DNA from: Pseudomonadota bacterium
GTDB taxonomy: Bacteria; Bdellovibrionota; Bdellovibrionia; Bdellovibrionales; SG-bin7
Assembly: GCA_034439715.1 (NCBI GenBank)
Contig: JAWXAY010000011.1
Location: 1 to 29,778 of the forward strand
Length of the DNA stretch: 29,778 nucleotides
Direction: 5' to 3'
The notes under the pieces are model-generated. The model made no database searches and was not told where the DNA came from. It was given only the letters and a program-made list of their open reading frames with translations. Position 1 is the stretch's first letter. Every line of letters begins with the position of its first letter. Below are positions 17,396-25,943 of this stretch, piece by piece. The position numbers and the translations under genes are program-made.

Positions 17396-17749
17396 TTAGT
17401 TAGTTGCGACAGGAGCTGCAACAGGAAGGGGGTTATTGCGAACCCGAATTTTATAGTTATCAATCTTCTTCTTAAGAGTGTTACGATTAATACCTAAAAA
17501 CTGAGCCGTCTTAACTTGGTTGCCTTTGTGTTCTCTAAGGGCAAGCTCGATCAAAGGTTTTTCTACTTGCTCCATGATAATACTATGGAGACCAGTAAGT
17601 TGAACATTAGCTTCTTTCTGCTGCTCAAAAAGAACCTCGAGTTTTTTAGCTACTAGCTTCTCAAGAGGAACCGATTGAAGGTTAGCAACGAAAAGATTGT
17701 CTGCACCAGCTGGACTTACATTGGTGTTTGATGTGTTAGTTGTCATCAT
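17396..17749 (-). CDS. fis: Fis-family stand-alone HTH DNA-binding protein
   Basis: EQVEKPLIELALREHKGNQVKTAQFLGINRNTLKKKI matches the Fis HTH_8 consensus. Small protein with no AAA+ domain. Confidence 0.85.
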   Translation of the reverse strand: MMTTNTSNTNVSPAGADNLFVANLQSVPLEKLVAKKLEVLFEQQKEANVQLTGLHSIIMEQVEKPLIELALREHKGNQVKTAQFLGINRNTLKKKIDNYKIRVRNNPLPVAAPVATN

Positions 17750-17792
17750 AGCGTTTCACCCACTCCTTTAAAAAAATTTATCTTAATATATC

Positions 17793-18431
17793 CTACACCC
17801 CACGTTCGTGGGGGGACCAAATATACTTATGCAATTGTAATTGCAACCGAGCACATGAATTATTCGAAAGGATTTTATTTGCAAGCCATTTTTCACTAAT
17901 TTTATTAAATGCTGGACTGTATAAAACAGAACCGAGACCATTAAGCTTAAATTCAGTTACATAAGACTCTGCCCAATCAAAATCCCTTTCAGAACTAATG
18001 ACAAATTTAAATTCCGTATTGACATCAGAAAATTTAAGATTTTCTAAAAGGAAAGAGTTGGCGGCGCCGCTATCAGGCGTCTTGATATCTAAAACCTTTT
18101 TTACTTTGGGGTTTACGCGCTCGCAACTAATATTACCGCTCGTCTCTAGAGATACCTTGTAATCCAGATCGACCAGGCGATCCAATAAAGTAATTACCTC
18201 ATTGTGGATTAGCGGCTCTCCGCCAGTGACACAGACGTAACGTGAGCCGTGGGACCGTGTTCTTTCAAGAATTGTCTCCACAGACATAGGCGTACCCTCG
18301 TAGTAGGCATAAGTTGTGTCGCAATAGGTACATCGCAGCGGACATCCCGACGTTCGTATGAAAACAGTGGGAAACCCGGCGTAAGTCGACTCGCCCTGAA
18401 TGCTGTGAAAAATCTCGTTTATCTTGATCAT
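17793..18431 (-). CDS. queE: 7-carboxy-7-deazaguanine synthase (radical SAM)
   Basis: IKINEIFHSIQGE, FIRTSGCPLRCTYCDT (CxxxCxxC), VTGGEPL, LETSG, QLHKYIW. Likely start ATG 18431 (alternative 18455). Confidence 0.88.
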   Translation of the reverse strand: MIKINEIFHSIQGESTYAGFPTVFIRTSGCPLRCTYCDTTYAYYEGTPMSVETILERTRSHGSRYVCVTGGEPLIHNEVITLLDRLVDLDYKVSLETSGNISCERVNPKVKKVLDIKTPDSGAANSFLLENLKFSDVNTEFKFVISSERDFDWAESYVTEFKLNGLGSVLYSPAFNKISEKWLANKILSNNSCARLQLQLHKYIWSPHERGV

Positions 18432-18487
18432 GGTATGGTTCGCATAGCGAGCCATGTTATTTGTGTAAGTCCAAAAAAAGTCAAGAC

Positions 18488-18516
18488 TTCCCACGCATTT
18501 AGAGGTCCGCTACACT
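18488..18516 (+). promoter_or_regulatory. Candidate sigma70-type promoter for the ftsK operon (possibly leaderless)
   Basis: TTCCCA (18488-18493), 17 nt, TACACT (18511-18516), then 6 nt to the ATG at 18523; no properly spaced SD. Confidence 0.4.
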
Positions 18517-18522
18517 TTTGAT

Positions 18523-20829
18523 ATGGTAGGACCGATTCTTCATAAGTTTCAACGTGATATCAAAGTAGTTTTTTGGTTTGCCGCAGGGGTCTTTGTTGGA
18601 CTTTCTCTCATAAGTTTTTCTCCAAAAGACCCCTCGTTTAATTCTTTTGGCACGATAGGTAAAGTCTCCAATTATTGTGGAGTACTCGGAAGTTTTCTCT
18701 CTGATTTTTTATTTCAATGTTTTGGCGTTACGGCGTGGGCGCTAGTTTTTGTTAGCTTTAGAATTTCCTATAAATATTTGCGGGGAGACGGAACACCCAT
18801 CAACAAGCCGAGGGCAATCTGGGGGGCCGCTCTATTGGTCGTCATGTCCGCACTGGGCGCGCTTTACTTTGATCAAAGAAGCTTTTTTTACAATAAATTT
18901 TTAGTGGGTGGCGTACTAGGCCAACTTACCTATAAGGGTTTAGAAAAAATTCTTAACTCGGCTGGAGTGGCTATATTTTTATGGAGTCTGGCGGTCATAC
19001 TTTTTGTTTTTTTTACCGAAAAACCTATATCTTATTACGTCAAAATTCGTCGCTTTCCACGATTTAACCTAAGATTCCTTTTTGCGGCGGCTCTAGATTT
19101 AGGTCATCGGTTAATAACGTCAGCCGCTAATTTTCTACCGCGAACGCAAGAGCCCATTCAGCAAATGGCAGGGGCAAATTTTGAGCGGCAAAGTATTATC
19201 GAGGAACCTAAGCTTTTATTTGATGTGCTTCGGAGGCCAAGCGTTACTGTATTGCCAACTAATCGAAAAATTGAACTGAAGACTAAGGTAATAAGAAAAG
19301 TAGAGAACTGGATGTTGCCCGACATCCAGTTGCTTGATGATCCGCCGGAGTCTCGCATTAAAATATCTGAACGAGAGCTCAAGGATAAAGGCATGCTTCT
19401 ATTGGAAAAGCTAAAACAGTTTGGAGTGCATGGGACCATAGTTGATATCCGTCCGGGTCCAACAGTTACGATGTTTGAATTTAAGCCAAATGCCGATGTA
19501 AAAATAAGCCGCATCATTGACCTCGCTGACGACATTAGTTTGGCGCTAAGTAGTGAGAGCGTTAGAATCATCGCGCCCATTCCGGGGCGCGACGTTGTGG
19601 GGATAGAAACTTCAAACTCACTAAGAGAAAAAGTATTTTTTAAAGAAATAGTCGCTAGCGAAGAGTTTTGGAATCAGGAATTGATGTTGCCGATAATTTT
19701 GGGCAAACAAGCTAATGGTGAAACAAAGGTTGTGGAGCTCAGAAAGATGCCCCATCTTTTGGTTGCCGGCACAACGGGGTCTGGTAAAAGCGTTTTTTTA
19801 GTTTCGGCCTTAACAGGACTTATTTGTAAACATTCGCCGAAGACTTTAAGATTTATTTTTATTGACCCCAAGCAGGTTGATTTGGCGGCCTTCTCACAAA
19901 TTCCACACCTACTAATGCCACCAATTGTGACGCCAAAAAAAGCGGTCACGGCCTTACGCTGGGCTATTAAAGAAATGGAAAAACGTTACCGAACAATGTC
20001 AAAGTTTGGAGCCCGTGGACTTGAGGGTTATAACGAAATCATGGCAAAACTTTCGGGCGAAGAGATAAAAAAACACGATGAACAAAACCAAAAGCTGCGA
20101 CAAGATCCCTCAACAGCAGGTGCCGATTATTACTTTACGCCCCAACCCTATATCGTGATCGTGGTAGAGGAGTTTGGCGACCTTATGGCCGTTGATAAAG
20201 CTAATGTCGAACACACGGTTATTCGTTTGGCTCAAATGGCCAGAGCCTGCGGAATACATTTAATTCTAGCGATGCAGAGCCCAAGAAAAGATGTAATTAC
20301 GGGACTCATCAAAACGAATATTCCCGGGAGAATCAGTTTTAAAGTTGCCAGCAAAATGGATTCCCGAATTATTCTCGATGAGTCGGGCGCAGAAAGATTA
20401 CTGGCTCAAGGGGACATGTTGTTTTTAGCGCCAGGCGTGGCAAAGCCTGAGCGCAATCATGGCACTTTGGTAACCGAAAAAGACATAGAGAGCATCGTTA
20501 AATTTTGGATTAAACAAGGTGAGCCGGAGTTTGACGTGGGCGCCATGAGAATTCTAGAGGGCTCAGGCAGTGAATACGGTGACCCTTCTCTTGAGTACGG
20601 CGACGAGCTTAGTTCAGACGGAGATGAAAGTGACGAAAGATATGATGAAATTCTAGCCTATGTTTCAGCCATGAAAGAGGTGAGCGCCTCGCTGCTTCAA
20701 CGAAAATTTCGTCTTGGATATCCTAGGGCTGCCCGCATCATTGAAATGTTAGAGGAACAGGGCGTAATTGGCCCGGCAAATGGCAGCAAACCTCGACAGG
20801 TCCTAATAGAAAGCTATAATCAACAATAA
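18523..20829 (+). CDS. ftsK: DNA translocase FtsK/SpoIIIE
   Basis: N-terminal FtsK 4TM region (DPSF, NYCGVLGSFLSD); alpha domain (PGPTVTMFE, RIIAPIPG); MPHLLVAGTTGSGKS Walker A; DSRIILDESGAERLLAQGDML; gamma domain SASLLQRKFRLGYPRAARIIE. Confidence 0.96.
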   Translation: MVGPILHKFQRDIKVVFWFAAGVFVGLSLISFSPKDPSFNSFGTIGKVSNYCGVLGSFLSDFLFQCFGVTAWALVFVSFRISYKYLRGDGTPINKPRAIWGAALLVVMSALGALYFDQRSFFYNKFLVGGVLGQLTYKGLEKILNSAGVAIFLWSLAVILFVFFTEKPISYYVKIRRFPRFNLRFLFAAALDLGHRLITSAANFLPRTQEPIQQMAGANFERQSIIEEPKLLFDVLRRPSVTVLPTNRKIELKTKVIRKVENWMLPDIQLLDDPPESRIKISERELKDKGMLLLEKLKQFGVHGTIVDIRPGPTVTMFEFKPNADVKISRIIDLADDISLALSSESVRIIAPIPGRDVVGIETSNSLREKVFFKEIVASEEFWNQELMLPIILGKQANGETKVVELRKMPHLLVAGTTGSGKSVFLVSALTGLICKHSPKTLRFIFIDPKQVDLAAFSQIPHLLMPPIVTPKKAVTALRWAIKEMEKRYRTMSKFGARGLEGYNEIMAKLSGEEIKKHDEQNQKLRQDPSTAGADYYFTPQPYIVIVVEEFGDLMAVDKANVEHTVIRLAQMARACGIHLILAMQSPRKDVITGLIKTNIPGRISFKVASKMDSRIILDESGAERLLAQGDMLFLAPGVAKPERNHGTLVTEKDIESIVKFWIKQGEPEFDVGAMRILEGSGSEYGDPSLEYGDELSSDGDESDERYDEILAYVSAMKEVSASLLQRKFRLGYPRAARIIEMLEEQGVIGPANGSKPRQVLIESYNQQ

Positions 20830-21644
20830 TGCTTTTTTTTAAAACAACAATAATTATATTCGTCTACACTGTAGCGGCGACCGCCAAAGCTTCTGAAAGA
20901 ACTGAACGCTACAGAAAACTATTGGCGCAGGAGCAGCGTGTAGAGGCACTCGATGATATCGCGAGGGAGTTTTCTTTGGGGCCGTGGCCACAGGAAACTA
21001 TTAAGGAATTTAAAAGTGGCCAGAGAGAAATTGGTGAGACATTTATTTCTGAGCGCGCCCAACATCTCTACGAGGTCGGCGTCTCGCTAACGTATAAAGG
21101 AGACAATAGTGCTGTGCGGTCCCTTATCGGAGCCTCTCAGGTTGAGTCAGAAAATCTAAAAATATTATTAAGTTTGGCCAGAAGTTATCTCAGCCAAAGC
21201 GATTGTGCGGGCGCGTCTGAAAGTATAAATAAAATTACCAAGAATTTTTTTCTGCTAGAAGAAAAATATATACTAGCCGGACAGCTTTTAGTTTGTAAAA
21301 AAAAATTAGACGAACTTAGTGAACAAATTGTTCCGGCTGAGTCGTTTTCGCCTCCCTACCGGGTTCATGCCATGATTCTTTCATTGCGTGCGGCGGAAGT
21401 TGTTAGAGACGTTAGCCTAATCAAAACTCTTGGACTAGAGTTAAGCAAAACAGAGCCTCAGATGCCAGAGTCCTACTATTGGCTGTGGAAGTATGAACTT
21501 AAAAAATCAGCCCGCAAAGATTATGGGGACCGCTATCTGTCTCTCTGTCAAAATTTGTCCACGAAAATAAAAAGAAAATTCTATATGGAGCCGATTCTGT
21601 GCAGTTCGGTTGAAGAAGTAAGGGGGGCTAGTGAAAAAACCTAA
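20829..21644 (+). CDS. Exported TPR-like helical protein
   Basis: Signal peptide; repeated helix-pair patterns (e.g. ENLKILLSLARSYLSQSDCAGA, PQMPESYYWLW); coupled to the ftsK stop (TAATG). Confidence 0.65.
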   Translation: MLFFKTTIIIFVYTVAATAKASERTERYRKLLAQEQRVEALDDIAREFSLGPWPQETIKEFKSGQREIGETFISERAQHLYEVGVSLTYKGDNSAVRSLIGASQVESENLKILLSLARSYLSQSDCAGASESINKITKNFFLLEEKYILAGQLLVCKKKLDELSEQIVPAESFSPPYRVHAMILSLRAAEVVRDVSLIKTLGLELSKTEPQMPESYYWLWKYELKKSARKDYGDRYLSLCQNLSTKIKRKFYMEPILCSSVEEVRGASEKT

Positions 21645-21870
21645 GGATATTGCTACAAATGCTATCTTGGTTTCTGTATTTCTTTTTTGTTTAGGCTGCG
21701 GGGTTAGAGGCAACCCGGTTCCTCTCAACCAACCACCAACACTTGGGCGCGGTCGACCGACCTATGATCAAGGAATGGACGAGCTATTAAAAAAGCAGGG
21801 GTTAACAGAAAAGGAAAAGGCAGAGGACAAAACTGAAGATGACGTACAGAAAAAAACAAAAAAGCATTAA
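21631..21870 (+). CDS. Small lipoprotein, LptM/LppL(YifL)-like
   Basis: GTG start after GGGGG; basic N-terminus, hydrophobic core and lipobox CLGC; mature start CGVRGNPVP resembles CGxKGPL; low-complexity charged tail; directly precedes dapF. Confidence 0.65.
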   Translation: MKKPKDIATNAILVSVFLFCLGCGVRGNPVPLNQPPTLGRGRPTYDQGMDELLKKQGLTEKEKAEDKTEDDVQKKTKKH

Positions 21871-22696
21871 AATACCATTTTTTAAAATAGAGGCGACAGG
21901 CAACGATTTTATTTTTATAGACCAGCGAATAAGTGGTGTTAAAAAAATTGCAAAGAAAATACCTTCGAATAGCCGTCCCCAACTTGTAAAAAAAATATGT
22001 GACCGGCACAAAGGTATCGGTAGCGATGGTGTCGTGTTTCTTGAGCACCCCCAAAGAAGAGCAATGGATTTAAAGTGGGATTTTTATAACTCCGATGGCT
22101 CGCGAGCAGAAATGTGTGGCAATGCAGCTCGAGCGGTTGCTCATTTTATATTTGATTGTGAAAAAAGAAAAGGTCAACTTCAGCTTGAGACAACGGCGGG
22201 AGTTGTAGTAATAAGAAAAACCGCAAAAGCTCAGTATGGCACAACTTTACCGGCAGTGAGACTTTTGGGTGGTCCTATCGTTCAAACAATTTCAGGCAAG
22301 AGTGTTCTCTACTTCATGGTAAACTCAGGGGTACCACATGCCGTGGTGCCACTCAAAAAAAAGTTGGCCCGAGAGATTTTAAATGAGATGGCGGTAGATC
22401 TTAAAAAATCGGGACGGCTTGGAAGGGGTGGTGCCAATGTTACTTTTTTTTGGAAGAATGGCCGGGGCATTGAAGCCATTACCCACGAACGCGGAGTTGA
22501 GGGCTTTACCTTAAGTTGTGGCACAGGGGCGCTCGCGGCGGCCTGGGTAGCTAATTATGTTTTGGAGATTCAATCAACAGCTAAATCCACAGTGCGAGTT
22601 GTGTTGCCAGGCGGAGAGTTAATGGTTACTTTCAAAGACAGGCCAGAGCTTGTTGGCCCAGCAGCGCTGATCGCCATGGGAACTCTTTATGTCTAA
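21839..22696 (+). CDS. dapF: Diaminopimelate epimerase
   Basis: FFKIEATGNDF, CDRHKGIGSDG, NSDGSRAEMCGN, GVPHAV, ERGVEGFTLSCGTG (both catalytic Cys present). Confidence 0.95.
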   Translation: MTYRKKQKSIKIPFFKIEATGNDFIFIDQRISGVKKIAKKIPSNSRPQLVKKICDRHKGIGSDGVVFLEHPQRRAMDLKWDFYNSDGSRAEMCGNAARAVAHFIFDCEKRKGQLQLETTAGVVVIRKTAKAQYGTTLPAVRLLGGPIVQTISGKSVLYFMVNSGVPHAVVPLKKKLAREILNEMAVDLKKSGRLGRGGANVTFFWKNGRGIEAITHERGVEGFTLSCGTGALAAAWVANYVLEIQSTAKSTVRVVLPGGELMVTFKDRPELVGPAALIAMGTLYV

Positions 22697-23567
22697 ACTG
22701 ACGGGTGTATTTACGGCAATTGTTACGCCATTTAAAAAGGGCGAGATTGACTACTTGTCGTTTAAAAAATTATTAAGGTTTCAGCTTGATAATAATATTG
22801 ATGGCATAGTGGTTAATGGTACGACCGGCGAAAGCCCGACCCTCACAAAAGAGGAAAGAGAGCGGCTCCTATCATTTGCGCTTAGTGAGAGCTCGAACCA
22901 GGTGCCAGTAATTATGGGGACCGGCACCAATAATACACAAACTTCGATTGTACAAACGCAGGCCGCACAAAGCCTCGGTGCGAAGGCGGCACTTGTGGTT
23001 GTGCCGTACTACAATAAACCACCGCAAGAGGGACTTTTAAGGCATTTTACTGAAATAGCAAAGTCCACAAGTTTACCCATTATTTTATACAACGTCCCGA
23101 GCCGAACAGTCACATCGATTAAAGCAGAAACCGTGGCTACCTTAAGTGAAACAAGTAATATTGTGGGAATTAAAGAGGCCAGTGGAGAAATGAAACTCAC
23201 CAAAGACATATTGAGTAAAAGCAAAAAAGGATTTTTTGCGCTTAGCGGCGACGACGCTACTTATTTGGAACATTATTTGTCGGGTGGCAAAGGAACAATC
23301 TCGGTAATGTCTAATATGTCCCCGAAACAAACTAAAAGCTGGGGCGAACAAATAAATGAAAATCCTGAAAAAACGAAGTCGGAATTTCAGACCTACAAGA
23401 GTTTAGTAGAAAATTTATTTAGTGAGAGTAATCCGATACCCATTAAAATGGCGCTATATTGGATGGGAGTTATTGAAAGTCCAGAGTTACGCCTTCCGCT
23501 TGTGGAATTATCTGTTGAAAACCAGAAAAAGCTTAAAGCTACCATGAAAGAGCGCGGATTTTTATGA
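22689..23567 (+). CDS. dapA: 4-hydroxy-tetrahydrodipicolinate synthase
   Basis: TAIVTPF, GTTGESPTL, PYYNKP, LYNVPSRT, GIKEA (Schiff-base Lys), SGDD, ESNPIPIK. Confidence 0.96.
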   Translation: MSKLTGVFTAIVTPFKKGEIDYLSFKKLLRFQLDNNIDGIVVNGTTGESPTLTKEERERLLSFALSESSNQVPVIMGTGTNNTQTSIVQTQAAQSLGAKAALVVVPYYNKPPQEGLLRHFTEIAKSTSLPIILYNVPSRTVTSIKAETVATLSETSNIVGIKEASGEMKLTKDILSKSKKGFFALSGDDATYLEHYLSGGKGTISVMSNMSPKQTKSWGEQINENPEKTKSEFQTYKSLVENLFSESNPIPIKMALYWMGVIESPELRLPLVELSVENQKKLKATMKERGFL

Positions 23568-24262
23568 TTAGTGTTTTGTTGTATGGCTCGCGAGGACAAA
23601 TGGGTCGGGAGATTTTAGCGCTCGCTAAAAAAGATCGTGCTTTTATTATTTCGCACCCTATAGACGCAAGAAATAAAAAATTTCATCGCTCTCTTTTAGA
23701 AGTTGATGGCCGCAAGGTAGATATTGTTATCGATTTTTCGATAGCCGCCGCCCATAAAGGGATCTTAGATTGGTGTGGGAAGTACAAAGTGCCACTGCTA
23801 AGTGGAACGACGGGATTAAGTGCCATTGATCACAGAAAACAACGTGTATTAGCAAAAAAAATCCCTATTCTTTGGGCCTCAAATATGAGTTTAGGCATAA
23901 CTGTAATTAAGCAGAGCCTTAAAACCTTTGGCGCGCTAAAAGGTTTTAAGTTTGAAATACATGAAACACACCATATCCATAAAAAAGATAGGCCAAGTGG
24001 TACCGCCATAACCTTGCATGAAGAACTTCGGCAGCATGTCGATAAAAAAGACTTATTGGGCGTACGCTCATACCGTCGCGGAAAAATTTTTGGAGATCAT
24101 AAAATAACCGTAACGAGTAATTCCGAGGTAATTACCTTGGAGCACCGAGCTTTAAACCGAAAAGTTTTCGCCGAGGGAGCCCTAATGGCGGCGAAATGGC
24201 TAATACAAAAGCGGTCCGGCCTTTATAAAATCGAAGATGTATTGGAAATAGAAAAAAAATGA
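23564..24262 (+). CDS. dapB: 4-hydroxy-tetrahydrodipicolinate reductase
   Basis: GSRGQMG, VIDFS, GTTG, ASNMSLG, ETHHIHKKDRPSGTA, HRALNRKVFAEGA. Confidence 0.93.
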   Translation: MISVLLYGSRGQMGREILALAKKDRAFIISHPIDARNKKFHRSLLEVDGRKVDIVIDFSIAAAHKGILDWCGKYKVPLLSGTTGLSAIDHRKQRVLAKKIPILWASNMSLGITVIKQSLKTFGALKGFKFEIHETHHIHKKDRPSGTAITLHEELRQHVDKKDLLGVRSYRRGKIFGDHKITVTSNSEVITLEHRALNRKVFAEGALMAAKWLIQKRSGLYKIEDVLEIEKK

Positions 24263-24774
24263 AATACCAAACGCTGCTCACCGTTATTGATTATTCAGGA
24301 AAAGAAGCGGTGTGGCTCAAAAAATTTATTTGGAAAACGAAGATGATATCTACGATTGAGCGCATATCTTCGATTTATCAAGACTCTTATGAGTCGGAGG
24401 GCTCAGCTTCCACAGAAAAACCTTTAGTGGTGTGCGCACTTCTTCAGGCCGACTTTTCACAATATCAATTTATCGATAAAATAATTTCAATTGAGTCCGA
24501 GATCAATATCGAGGCAACGCATGAGGTCATTCGAGCGATTGTTTTGGCTCAAGAAGACTACATTGTTATGACGCCGAAGTTGGTTTTGCCTCATCCCAGA
24601 CTTTTTACGCACCCGCAACTTTTATTTCCCGCTGCAGAAGTTTGGCCTGAATATAGGCACCCCGTCTTGAATAAAAGTCTTGTTGAATTGACCAAAGTGT
24701 TTGAAGGAAGCCGCTGGGGAAGTTATTTTGCTCAGGGCTCGACTTTGCTTGATTTTTCTCAAGGTAAAAAATAG
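24259..24774 (+). CDS. FolK/HPPK-like protein, degenerate (catalytic motifs missing)
   Basis: C-terminal LVLPHPRL...[24 protein letters not shown] and ISSIY match HPPK, and the length is similar, but the LGSN and PRxxDxD motifs are absent. Confidence 0.6.
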   Translation: MKYQTLLTVIDYSGKEAVWLKKFIWKTKMISTIERISSIYQDSYESEGSASTEKPLVVCALLQADFSQYQFIDKIISIESEINIEATHEVIRAIVLAQEDYIVMTPKLVLPHPRLFTHPQLLFPAAEVWPEYRHPVLNKSLVELTKVFEGSRWGSYFAQGSTLLDFSQGKK

Positions 24775-24803
24775 AAAGAGCAAAGAAAGTAATTGGAGAA
24801 ATT

Positions 24804-25448
24804 ATGAAATTCTATATCGATACCGCTGACATTTCAGAAATAAGGGCCGCAAACGATCGAGGTTGGGTTGATGGTGTAACGACAAATCCATCGTTAATCG
24901 CAAAATCAGGTCGACCGATCGCTGAAGTGATCAAAGAAATTTGTACAATTGTCGAGGGACCAATTTCTGCGGAGGTTTTGAGTCTGAAGGCCGACGGCAT
25001 GTTTAAAGAGGGTCTTGAGCTAGCAAAAATTCACAAAAATGTTGTTGTTAAGGTTCCAATGACTGAAGATGGCCTAATTGCCGTAAAGAAATTTGCCAAA
25101 GAAGGAATTCGCACGAATGTAACTCTAGTTTTTTCTGCAACACAGGCTTTAATGGCGGCAAAGGCCGGAGCCTTTTTGGTTTCGCCCTTTGTGGGACGAC
25201 TCGATGATATTGCGCAGGACGGAATGGAGTTAATTAGTCAATTACGTACGATTTACGACAACTATGACTTTAAGACCATGATTCTTGTGGCAAGTATTAG
25301 AAATCCAATCCACATTGTGCGCTCGGCAACGATTGGCGCCGACGCGGCAACAATGCCATTTTCGGTTCTAAAGCAACTGACCCAACACCCATTGACGGAC
25401 AAAGGAATAGAGCGTTTTTTAGCAGATGCAGCTAAGGGCAACACGTGA
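24804..25448 (+). CDS. tal: Transaldolase (short MipB/TalC family)
   Basis: [20 protein letters not shown] (Schiff-base Lys), [23 protein letters not shown] (Glu) plus SPFVGR (Phe) indicates transaldolase rather than FSA (Gln/Tyr). SD GGAG. Confidence 0.9.
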   Translation: MKFYIDTADISEIRAANDRGWVDGVTTNPSLIAKSGRPIAEVIKEICTIVEGPISAEVLSLKADGMFKEGLELAKIHKNVVVKVPMTEDGLIAVKKFAKEGIRTNVTLVFSATQALMAAKAGAFLVSPFVGRLDDIAQDGMELISQLRTIYDNYDFKTMILVASIRNPIHIVRSATIGADAATMPFSVLKQLTQHPLTDKGIERFLADAAKGNT

Positions 25449-25894
25449 ATAGTCAGAGTATTCGAACTCTAGCGCTATCAGCATTATTTTTATTTATAGG
25501 TTGTGGAGAAGCACCGATAATCCCCGAGGCGAATTACTCACTCGAAGCAATAGGTCGCTCGGCGTACAAAGCCCTAATAAAAGTAAAAAAAGTTAGTCAG
25601 AATAGGCGAGAATATTTCTCTGACTATCTAACATTGGAAGGCAAGCTGTGGGACCCCTTAAGCAATGACGTTCGTCGGGTCACGGCCAAGGTCATAGTGC
25701 TCGGAGAGCGTCGACCTTATACTATAGAAATACAAACTATCGTCGAAGAGCGGTCAGCAAATGAACCTGGCTATTCAGCTAGGTTTAAGAGAGTGGGAAA
25801 ATCAAAAGCCCTGATTGAGCAACTCGCCTTTCGTATTCAAGATGATCTACGAAAAAACAAGGACCAGAGCCTTGACGATTTTAAGCCATTCTAA
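25445..25894 (+). CDS. Hypothetical lipoprotein
   Basis: GTG start overlapping the tal stop; signal peptide with lipobox-like FIGC. Confidence 0.7.
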   Translation: MNSQSIRTLALSALFLFIGCGEAPIIPEANYSLEAIGRSAYKALIKVKKVSQNRREYFSDYLTLEGKLWDPLSNDVRRVTAKVIVLGERRPYTIEIQTIVEERSANEPGYSARFKRVGKSKALIEQLAFRIQDDLRKNKDQSLDDFKPF

Positions 25895-25943
25895 TAGAAT
25901 ATCCATGAGTATTTAACAGTTGTCGCACAGGGAGCGTGCAAAA

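Noticed and set aside
18432..18494. Extended queE start at 18494
   Set aside because: QueE homology starts at MIKINEIF (18431); the upstream stretch is more plausibly the divergent promoter region.
24804..25448. Fructose-6-phosphate aldolase (fsa) call
   Set aside because: The diagnostic residues are Glu (SAEV) and Phe (SPFVGR), the transaldolase pattern.
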